This document shows, one piece after another, positions 45,732 through 55,646 of a DNA stretch of 64,000 bases. This DNA is from the human T2T-CHM13v2.0 reference genome, Homo sapiens, in the NCBI RefSeq assembly GCF_009914755.1, contig NC_060942.1; one strand, given 5' to 3'. A program made the translations under genes and the position numbers. The notes beneath the pieces are model-generated. The model was given only the letters and a program-made list of their open reading frames with translations. It ran no database searches and was not told the origin of the DNA. How positions within the stretch are numbered: the first letter of the stretch is position 1; every line of letters starts with the position of its first letter.

Positions 45732-47339
45732 ATGAAGAAAATTAGTCTTAAAACCTTACGGAAATCTTTTAACTTGAATAAAAGTAAAGAAGAAACTGAT
45801 TTCATGGTAGTACAACAACCATCGCTAGCCAGTGACTTTGGAAAAGATGATTCCTTATTTGGTAGCTGCTATGGTAAAGATATGGCCAGCTGCGATATCA
45901 ACGGTGAAGATGAAAAAGGCGGAAAAAACAGATCAAAAAGCGAGAGCCTGATGGGTACGCTAAAAAGGCGGCTTTCTGCAAAACAGAAGTCAAAAGGCAA
46001 GGCGGGCACACCCTCTGGGAGCTCTGCCGACGAGGACACCTTCTCCTCCTCCTCAGCACCCATAGTCTTTAAAGACGTGAGAGCTCAGAGGCCGATAAGG
46101 TCCACATCGCTCCGCAGCCATCACTACAGTCCCGCGCCGTGGCCTCTGCGGCCCACAAACTCCGAGGAGACCTGCATCAAGATGGAGGTGAGAGTCAAGG
46201 CCTTGGTTCACTCTTCCAGCCCGAGTCCAGCCCTGAATGGCGTCCGGAAGGATTTCCACGACCTCCAGTCTGAGACCACGTGCCAGGAGCAAGCCAATTC
46301 ACTGAAGAGCTCGGCTTCTCATAATGGAGACCTGCATCTTCACCTGGATGAACATGTGCCTGTCGTTATTGGACTTATGCCTCAGGACTACATTCAGTAT
46401 ACTGTGCCTTTAGATGAGGGGATGTATCCTTTGGAAGGATCACGGAGCTATTGTCTGGACAGCTCTTCTCCCATGGAAGTCTCTGCGGTTCCTCCTCAAG
46501 TGGGAGGGCGCGCTTTCCCCGAGGATGAGAGTCAGGTAGACCAGGACCTAGTTGTCGCCCCAGAGATCTTCGTGGATCAGTCCGTGAATGGCTTGTTGAT
46601 TGGCACCACGGGAGTCATGTTGCAGAGCCCGAGAGCGGGTCACGATGATGTCCCTCCACTCTCACCATTGCTACCTCCAATGCAGAATAATCAAATCCAA
46701 AGGAACTTCAGTGGACTCACTGGCACAGAAGCCCACGTGGCTGAAAGTATGCGCTGTCATTTGAATTTTGATCCGAACTCTGCTCCTGGGGTTGCAAGAG
46801 TTTATGACTCAGTGCAAAGTAGTGGTCCCATGGTTGTGACAAGCCTTACAGAGGAGCTGAAAAAACTTGCAAAGCAAGGATGGTACTGGGGACCAATCAC
46901 ACGTTGGGAGGCAGAAGGGAAGCTAGCAAACGTGCCAGATGGTTCTTTTCTTGTTCGGGACAGTTCTGACGACCGTTACCTTTTAAGCTTGAGCTTTCGC
47001 TCCCATGGTAAAACACTTCACACTAGAATTGAGCACTCAAATGGTAGGTTTAGCTTTTATGAACAGCCAGATGTGGAAGGACATACGTCCATAGTTGATC
47101 TAATTGAGCATTCAATCAGGGACTCTGAAAATGGAGCTTTTTGTTATTCAAGGTCTCGGCTGCCTGGATCTGCAACTTACCCCGTCAGACTGACCAACCC
47201 AGTGTCCCGGTTCATGCAGGTGCGCTCGTTGCAGTACCTGTGTCGTTTTGTTATACGTCAGTATACCAGAATAGACTTAATTCAGAAACTGCCTTTGCCA
47301 AACAAAATGAAGGATTATTTACAGGAGAAGCACTACTGA
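45732..47339 (+). CDS. SOCS6: Suppressor of cytokine signaling 6 (535 aa; long N-terminal region, SH2 domain from ~aa384, C-terminal SOCS box)
   Basis: Uninterrupted 535-aa ORF starting MKKISLKTLRKSF. SH2 hallmarks GWYWGPI (W at 46881) and GSFLVRDS; SOCS/BC-box VRSLQYLCRFVI...LPLPNKMKDYL. The sequence is recognised as SOCS6. Confidence 0.98.
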   Translation: MKKISLKTLRKSFNLNKSKEETDFMVVQQPSLASDFGKDDSLFGSCYGKDMASCDINGEDEKGGKNRSKSESLMGTLKRRLSAKQKSKGKAGTPSGSSADEDTFSSSSAPIVFKDVRAQRPIRSTSLRSHHYSPAPWPLRPTNSEETCIKMEVRVKALVHSSSPSPALNGVRKDFHDLQSETTCQEQANSLKSSASHNGDLHLHLDEHVPVVIGLMPQDYIQYTVPLDEGMYPLEGSRSYCLDSSSPMEVSAVPPQVGGRAFPEDESQVDQDLVVAPEIFVDQSVNGLLIGTTGVMLQSPRAGHDDVPPLSPLLPPMQNNQIQRNFSGLTGTEAHVAESMRCHLNFDPNSAPGVARVYDSVQSSGPMVVTSLTEELKKLAKQGWYWGPITRWEAEGKLANVPDGSFLVRDSSDDRYLLSLSFRSHGKTLHTRIEHSNGRFSFYEQPDVEGHTSIVDLIEHSIRDSENGAFCYSRSRLPGSATYPVRLTNPVSRFMQVRSLQYLCRFVIRQYTRIDLIQKLPLPNKMKDYLQEKHY

Positions 47340-50300
47340 AAGATTGAGAACCCTGCATCTTGCACTTTGGGAATAAGAACAAGAGATTGAAATACAGTTT
47401 ACAAACTTTCATTGCCATCAAAATCTTTTGCTGCCATAACTATTTCAGTTTTATGTGTAAAAGAGTCATCAGTTTGTTTAGGGGTGGGGAAGTGTCAGCA
47501 AGGTGTCTTGGGTTTATTTTGGTTCTTTAAAAAAGGGAAGTCTTGAGGTTTTAGAGGTGTGAATTATGTTTCATCAATGTGCAGAATAATCACAATGTGA
47601 ATTATCAAATTCTCCTCAATGCCCCCCCCGCCCAGTCCTTTGCTGCTATCCACTGTGATTTTTATGCATTAAAAGCACATTTCATGTGTATTCAACCCTA
47701 AGTAAAGTTGAATGAAACTTAACAGAATGGAAATTGCTATGTCTTTTTAAATGGTCCATTTTCAAAAGACAGTGTTGAATAAACATACCTGTGTGATAAA
47801 ACACAGAATTTACATATACACTGAAGATGAGTTTTTAATCTCTTACTTTAAAAAGATTTATTTAGAATCGTGAATTGACATAATCTTGGGTAATGGAACG
47901 GAGATCTGCAACATATCTTTTAACAACACTTTTTTCTAAATTATTTCTAAGGTTGTGCTAATTCTTTTGGTTGTGAAAAGTTGAATTTTTCTGTTGCCTT
48001 CGTTTTCATCTTCTAGTTTGTCTATTTTAATAAATGGCCTTACATTAAAAAATTGTAAAGAAATGTATACCACCAATTTAGAAATTGTTGCCTTTTCTGT
48101 AATTAAACTCGGGTACAAATTGGCATAACATGAAAACCTATGGAACTAGAATTATTATTAAAGAAATATTAGATGATCATAGCTTCCTGTGATAGCATTT
48201 TTTTGTGTGTTACCTATCCTTTTGGTAAAATGTTTTATCTGTGATTTCTTTAGCTTAGTCAACATTTTCTTGGGTGAACTTGATTGTCAACTAATTTTCA
48301 TAAATGGACTGGATTCTCTTGCAACATTAATGTTTATAAAAAGTTTTAAATTGATTTGAATAGAAAGAAAACATTGTTTTAAAGTTGGATTTATATTTTT
48401 CTTCTATGTAGTTACTATAAAAGTGTGCTGGATTTGACCAATCCTTACCCCCACTATAAAGAGAACCCGTGATGACTTTAGTTTAAAAATTGTGGAAATT
48501 GTGGAGCAATTTTTCTCACAATGTGAGAAAAATTCTAAACCATATTAGATAATGTGGAAGTCATATTGTCTATCATATATACTGCCATTTAAAAATAGGT
48601 TTTTAAAATTTAGCTAAGTCTTAAGTAATTTGCCGTTGCTAATAATTTTATCTCCTTGAGTCGGTTGTTGGGGAGAGATGTTATATTCAATAATTTTTAG
48701 TTATTTTGTAATGCAGAGTGTTTATTCATTTCACAGTTCTGCAATGGATGTAGTATTTTGGGATTGCCCTGTCCAGAAAATTTTCAGCTACACACCTTTA
48801 AAGGAAAATGTTTCTATCTCAGATGAAACATGTAATTTGGGATGGTTCTTCCTTTGTCACTTAAAGGAAGAGATAGGAAAAGTCTCTTACCCACTTTAAA
48901 CATGAGGGTAAAGGTTTAGGTCAAACTTACTGGCTTTGTCATTCAAGCATATCTGAATCCTCACTTTTTTCTCTTTGCTTTTTAGGGTCAGAACTGAGAT
49001 ATTACCAAGAAAAGGCACAATGCCATAATATTATGGTGTTATGGTATTTTGACTTAAAGGGGAAAAGGTACTTAATTTTGGTGGGATGTTGATTGTACCT
49101 TGTTAAAAAGACTCTCATTTTCTCATATGTTTTCTCCTAATAAGATGGAATATGGAGTATACTGTAATAATATAAGTGTTCATTATAAGCTATTTGGATT
49201 AAGAACTATTGCAGAGTTGTAAGCTTGTTATCAAATTAATGCAAGACATTTAAACTATTTTTTTGCAAAACTATTTATTTTTAAAACAACTTAAAGTATA
49301 TCTAGGGTGAGTTAAAAGTCCCTGTGCATCTATATTAGATGGCAGGTTTTGTCACAGAGTCACTGTGTATTAATAATAAATGTTGAAATGGCTTCTCCGT
49401 GTCTCCAGAAGCATTTACATGTCCTCCTTGTGAGATCATGGTGCACAGAGGTCTTTGGACTGCCCTGAACCCGTCTTATGTGGACATAACCTATTCCCTT
49501 CGTTTTCTCATCATGCCATGTGTTTAAGATCTACCCGCTTAGTGTCAAGATTATTGAGATTTTCATCTAAATGTTTTTAAAATTGTATTTTGTGTTTTAG
49601 TGGAGGACAGTCTTGATACTGTTCTAATTCAGAAAGCCAAATTTTGATGCGCTTTTGTATATTCATAATATATACTTTAATATGCCCTATTCTAATCTAG
49701 TTTGAAATTGTTAGATTCTGATAGTATAATGATAAAATCAAACTATTTGCCAAAAAGTTAAATTTACAAGCAGAAAGATGTTTTGCGATATTTTCTACTT
49801 TTGTGTAGAAAGATAACCATTTGGGGTAGGCAGCACAACAGAATGTGAAAGATTGGCTTTATATGATACTAACACAGTCCAGTTAAAAGTGGAAACAGGG
49901 AAAAGAGAGAGAGAAAACTCATCATTTAGTTTGGTCTAGACACAATTTGGTTAAATTTTAGGATTCTATTGGCAGTTAACATAGATGACATGGACACAGC
50001 CTATGAGTGCTTTTTAAATACGTGCTTCTAAAAATCTGAGCTCAAAGCAAGAAAAAGAAAACAGGAAAGCTGTATCCATTTGCCATAATAGATGAATCAG
50101 AATTGTTTTCTATTAAATATTTCATCACGAAATATGATGGAGGCCAGAAGCTATTTTTAGGCTTACTATAACACTATTATGCATTTTTATAAATAAGAAG
50201 AAGGCTGTAGAAAGTACTTGAAAAATATCTAATTCTCTTTCTGTCTAAGGAAAACTCTTTCTACTTGGTGCAATAATCTGAAAATTTAGAAGGTCAAAAT

Positions 50301-51239
50301 ATGTCACAGGAAATGATCATAGACCTAAAAATAGTTTTTAAGGAAACCAGCTACACGGGGCAACCAACCATCTTGCTGTTGAAGAAAACAGTTCCAAAAG
50401 GCTAAATCATTGGCATAAAGGAAACAAAACCCAAAGTATGCGTTGTAATTCTTGAGCCAGTATTACTGAAACAGGATAAAAGTTATAAAATCTAACATAG
50501 GTTAATGCAATGTCTCTGCTAGTGCTACAAGTCTAAAATATCTTTGTAACAATGCTTTCAGAAATGCCAGTTTTAATTACATTTCACATTGTATATGAGA
50601 GATACTGCTTTATGAATGAATCGGAATAATACATTTTCATTTAAATCTTAATTGCTTTTCATTAAATGCGAAGTCTTAATTTCAAAATGAAATCACACTA
50701 CCAGCAATAGACAGTTTTCTTGAAAACTCTAATAAGGAACAATAGCCAGTTCCGTAAATAACTTTAAAATTCTAAAAGTGTTGGTACACTAGCAATCACA
50801 AATATGGTTTCTTTTAATACTTTTTTAATCCTGTAAAGAAGGGTTTTTATAAACATTCTTTTTATTAATCAGTCATAACATGGCGAAGTGTGTAGTTGCT
50901 GTTTCTGAAAAGTGATCCAAACTCTACATCCAGAGATTATGAAAAATTCTTATAGAATTTTGTAACAAGTATTTACATGTTGGGTGAAAGAAATTTCATA
51001 GTCGTTGGAGTGCCATGAAATTAATACTTGCAATTCAGATTGCGGTAGTTTACACTTTTTCTGTATGTTTCAAATCAGGTGTGTACCATTTGTACTGAGA
51101 ACACCACAGAATGAATTATCCAAAGTCCATTGATTTTAATACGTGTTTTGGTTTGTAAACAAATTATAGTAATTTCTTGCACATTTTTGGAAATTAATTG
51201 TATAAGAATTTATGTATCTGCTTCTAGATACAGTGTGTA

Positions 51240-51245
51240 AATAAA
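51240..51245 (+). terminator. Distal polyadenylation signal AATAAA
   Basis: AATAAA with upstream UGUA elements and a CA ~12 nt downstream (ttcacaa); marks the end of the AT-rich UTR-like region. Confidence 0.75.
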
Positions 51246-53264
51246 AAATTTCGTTCACAAGACCTGCCTTGTAGTCTACTTAATACCCTGAGAGGTGCCT
51301 GATTTTAATTAGTATGGGGTTAACGAGAAAATTTCTGGGTGTCCCAGGAACTGCGCAGGGGCTGGAGGATGAGAACCAGCAAATTTTAGTAAAAATGGGA
51401 AAGCAGAATCATGTCCCTAATAGAAGATATCAGCTAGTGGTGCTAATCTATGAAAGCCTTCCCGGTGAAGGCTGGAGTGAGTTTGGAGAACTTGTACTAA
51501 GCAAAAAGACTAAAAACTGACACAGTAATGAAACCTCACTGAAAGAAGGCTAGGCTAAATGATACAATGTTTGGATTGTGACATTAAAAAAGCATATCAC
51601 TGTTAATATTTCATTGAAATACAACCAGGTCATTAAAGTGTATATAGGGGTCATTTAGAAATTTTTTCATAGATAAGAAAGAGTTCTTATATCCACTGTA
51701 TTTAATTGTGTCAGAGTTCTTAAATCTGGGATTAAACACCCACTTTATTTTGTTTGAATACTTTGTAAACAAATTCTTTTTTAAAAAAACCATGGCTAAT
51801 TCAAAGATGAATTTTAAACTGATCTTGTTTAGAATGTATCACAAATTTTCACTTCAGTGAAACCCAATTTGGAATCTGTGATGATAACGTCATACTTTGC
51901 TGATGATGGTGCTAACGAAATACTATGAGATTATCGTGGGATCAAGAATTGTGCAAAAGAACAGACTTCACAAACGTACACCATTACCAGGTAAACAGAC
52001 TTTTAACTTTTTTAGAAAATGTTTCATATTCATCTACCTCTTCTCTAGGGGTATTCATTTAACAAGATAGAGGAACAGGGAAGTTTGTTGAGGCCAAGCT
52101 GTGTTCCCTGTAGTTGCTCGTGGTCCTGAAAGGCCACCTGTGAGGAGGGCGAGGGTGAGAGCAGGCAGACGCTCTCAGAAGATGAAAGACCTGCTGCTAG
52201 GCTGCCAGATAACACAGAAAATACTGGCCCTGCGTCAGAACTTCAATAATAACGTAATTTTGTTTGCTATAGCCAATTTTTTTTTTACTCCCACCTTTAA
52301 ATTTTTACCTTTTTTTTTTTTTTTTAAGCCTCACAGATTTTACTTATGCTTTTCCTAGGCTTTCAGCTTTCTGGATCAAAAATAGTTTAACCTTTATTTC
52401 TGTTGAATTTAGCTTTCATGTCTGCTGTTTTGGCCTAGTGGCTTTTCTGCTTTCAAATCTTCAGCTTCATTTACAATTCATTGTTGTTGTTGTTGTTTTA
52501 ATGGTTGTTTAATTCTTTTAACTTTTTTTGTATTTCAGTTTCTAGTTTTGGGATTACCTAACCTTTTGAATCCTCTTTTTAGCAAAATGTGACTCTTCTC
52601 TTCCTTCCCTTTGTGTATGGCTCATTTTGCTGATGGATTTACAGCTGCTTTGACCCTTGCGGCTCTAGTCAGGCTCCCCCTCATGTTGGAATTTTCCAGG
52701 ACAGTTTTCCTAGACCTTCACCTGTGAGACTTTATGGTTCCATAGGGTCTTTGTGTTCCTTTGTGGAAACGGCAGATTGGATGGAGAAGTGTTGGTTTAT
52801 GACGTTACATAATTCAGTCCTAGTAGGAAGATCAGTCATAAACCCCAGGAAACAACCAGTGGATTTGAGAGTGAAAAGGACCTTTTGCTTGTTAAGATTT
52901 GATTACAGAAGTCAAATCCAGAGACCCCTGGGAGTGTCCCAGGACTGATGCTGGCAAAGAACCAATAATAGTGAATATCTGGGTGGGCATTCATCTCGGA
53001 GCACAGCTGAGTTTTGTAGCCAGATTCCTAGAACACTTTAATGCCAGCCTATATTCTTCCCTCCTTAATACCAGGCAGTCTCACCTTGACCAGTTTTGGA
53101 GGAGTCGTAGGAGGGAAAGGCTCCCTTCCATAGTAAGAGCCAAGCAGAGCTTGCTAGATCAGGGTTTATGAATAGGGCCAATTGTCTTGCCTAGAGAGAA
53201 CTGTGGGCTGTCAAATCCTGTCCTTGGTTAACTATGGCTTACAAACAGGGTAAATATTAAATTG

Positions 53265-53556
53265 AGCCAGGCACAGTGGCTCATGCCTGTAATCCCAACA
53301 CTTTGGGAGGCTGAGGTGGGCAGATCACAAGGTCAGGAGTTCGAGACAAGCCTGAGCAACATGGTGAAACCCCGTCTGTACTAAAAATACGAAAACTAGC
53401 CAGGCATGGTGTTGTGCACCTGTAATCCCAGCTACTCAGAAGGCTGAGGCAAGAGAATCACTTGAACCCGGGAGGCAGAGGTTGCAGTGAGCCGAGATTG
53501 CGCCACTGCTCTCCAAACTGGGCGAAAGAGCGAGACTCCATCTCAAAAACAAAAAT
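53265..53556 (+). mobile_element. Alu
   Basis: Alu consensus; TSD ttaaattga. Confidence 0.93.
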
Positions 53557-53741
53557 TAAATTGAAAAGGAAGACTCACTTTGTAATCACAAGCAATGGAT
53601 TTCCCCACACCAAGAAAGCTCTAGGAAGCACAGATAAGGATATAAGGGTTTTTCCGGATCTCTCACTCGGTTTCATGGGTCTAGTATGGTGGCATCCAGG
53701 GACACTAGGATTTAATTACACTAGGTCACAAGGTGAATATA

Positions 53742-53900
53742 TAGGCGTCCCTGGGTATCTGCAGGGGATTGGTTCTAGGACCACCCTCTACCCTCCCCAC
53801 CCCCAACCACCACCTGTGGATACAAAAATCTAGCGATGTTCAAGCCCCTGAAAGGCCTCTAGCTCTGTGGATTCAAACCAGCAGATACAGAGTCAATAGT
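53742..53900. mobile_element. Small Tigger-type (MER2-like) DNA transposon remnant
   Basis: gtccctgggtatctgcaggggattggttctaggacc...ggatacaaaaatc. Confidence 0.45.
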
Positions 53901-55297
53901 AACAAATGCTTTGCCTTCCCCAAAGTAAGGGATAAAGAAGTATGAACACTAGTGGCTGCCTGTAGGCTGCATATTTACTTTGCATAATAGTGGCTTGAGT
54001 AATCATGACTTAGCCACCCAAGCAGAGTCAAGAAAAATTATTGCATTTATTCATCTGTCTTTATTCAATCTTTCCCATCCCACCCAACCAGACACTCAAT
54101 ACTCATTCTCCAAAGGTAATTCAAGCCTTATCTCACAATGTCTTCTCTCCTTATCCCAAATCAAATTGATTAACCGCTCCTCCTTGAAATTCTCATAAGC
54201 CTTAGAAAGAAGAAAGGAAGGGAGGAGATACAACCTGTTTCACTGTTGAAAATGAGGAAGAATATGTTCAGTGATCCCTATAAGGATGTATGTCCTCATA
54301 GGACAATTTAATTTTAAAGGTGACAGAAACGCACATGACACTGTTCAGTTTTTTCTTTTTCACACCCCATGAAAACCTTCAGGTTTTACACAGAATTGTT
54401 GCTATGCTTCTTACACAGTTCTCCAAATTTTCTAATAGAGACTCTTAAGCTATCCCATAATTCTGAATTAATAAAGCTGATGCAAAAGGGATGAGCCAGC
54501 AATGTAATACCCACTCAGTGCGTCAGGTTTTTTGGTCATTTTGTTAAATAGGATTTTAGAGTTTCCCTGTGGGTATGAGATTATGAAATCTTCCAGTTGA
54601 AGCTATCAGTGTAATAATAAGAAATACCTTTCTTACATGTTACTCAAAACTGGCAGATTTGTGAGATAATGATTGTCTCAGCTTTAGGTGTCCACATTTG
54701 AAAAATGTGGATGTGGTGCCCTAGGATTCCTGCAGGTGGGGAGCTGGAAAAGGTCTTTTTAAAGTCTTTCCAACTTGAAATTTCTAATAAGATTTCTAAG
54801 ACAAAACCTAAATAGAGGAAAAGAATAAAAGATTTGAAGGAAAAAAAAACTAGAAGGAAAAAAAAGTTCAAATTTGTAACATAGTTGCAATAGGCTGAGT
54901 CCACAATGAGTCCATCGGTTTGGTATGCCCATTTCATTTAAGTTCCTGGGATAAGAGCCTTGGAGTCATGATGTAACCAGGCAGTGCATAGAGCACTTCT
55001 CCAGCTCTGTTTAAATACACCATTGACTTGTTGCCTATGACGCCATCAAGAGTGTTCCTACAGACACAGCCAGACAGCTAAGTCAGGCAGAGCCCAAAAT
55101 AGGCCACCCATTGACTCAGAAGCTGTTTTTCAGCCTTGAGTTCAAATTGTTTCCAGGTTTAGTCAGGGTTGAGGGGCCTTGGTTCTAAAGGGTAAAGCCA
55201 AGGTGCTCAGACAGTGTAGCAGGGAAACACAGCAGTCCCAAGGTGAATCCAAGACCCCTTTGACAATCCAGTGAGTTTTGTCCCTCTCAAGCTCACT

Positions 55298-55646
55298 TTA
55301 CTATCCAAATGGACTGAATGTTTAACACCTTCCAAAACTCAAAAGATGAAATCCTAATACCCAAAGTGATGGTATTAGGAAATGGGGCCTTTGAGAGGTA
55401 ATTAGGTCATGAGGGCTTTGCCTTCATGAATGGGATTAGCACCCTTATGAAACAGGCCCCCGAGAGCTCATTGGCCCCTAGAGAAGGTGCCATCTATGAA
55501 GCAAGAAGTGGGTTCTCAATGGACACCAGATTTCTGGTGCCTTGATCTTGGACTTCCCAGCCTCCAGAACTATTAGAAAGAAATTTCTGTTGTTTATAAG
55601 CTACCTAGTGTATGGCTTTGGGTTACAGCAGCCCAAACAAAGACAC
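55298..55646 (+). mobile_element. MLT1A/B-like MaLR LTR
   Basis: ggactgaatg...gatggtattagga...taattaggtcatgaggg...ttgatcttggacttcccagcctccagaact...aaatttctgttgtttataagc...acagcagcccaaac..agaca. Confidence 0.75.

Larger units (their letters stand above)
45606..51262 (+). other. SOCS6: SOCS6 terminal exon 2 (126-nt 5'UTR part + CDS + ~3.9 kb 3'UTR)
   Basis: Acceptor at 45605/45606, then the CDS, then an AT-rich stretch with no recognisable repeats ending at AATAAA 51240-51245. The cleavage site is estimated ~15-20 nt downstream. Confidence 0.8.

Noticed and set aside
45602-46292. Antisense short ORFs overlapping SOCS6
   Set aside because: Shadow ORFs of the coding strand; no independent support.
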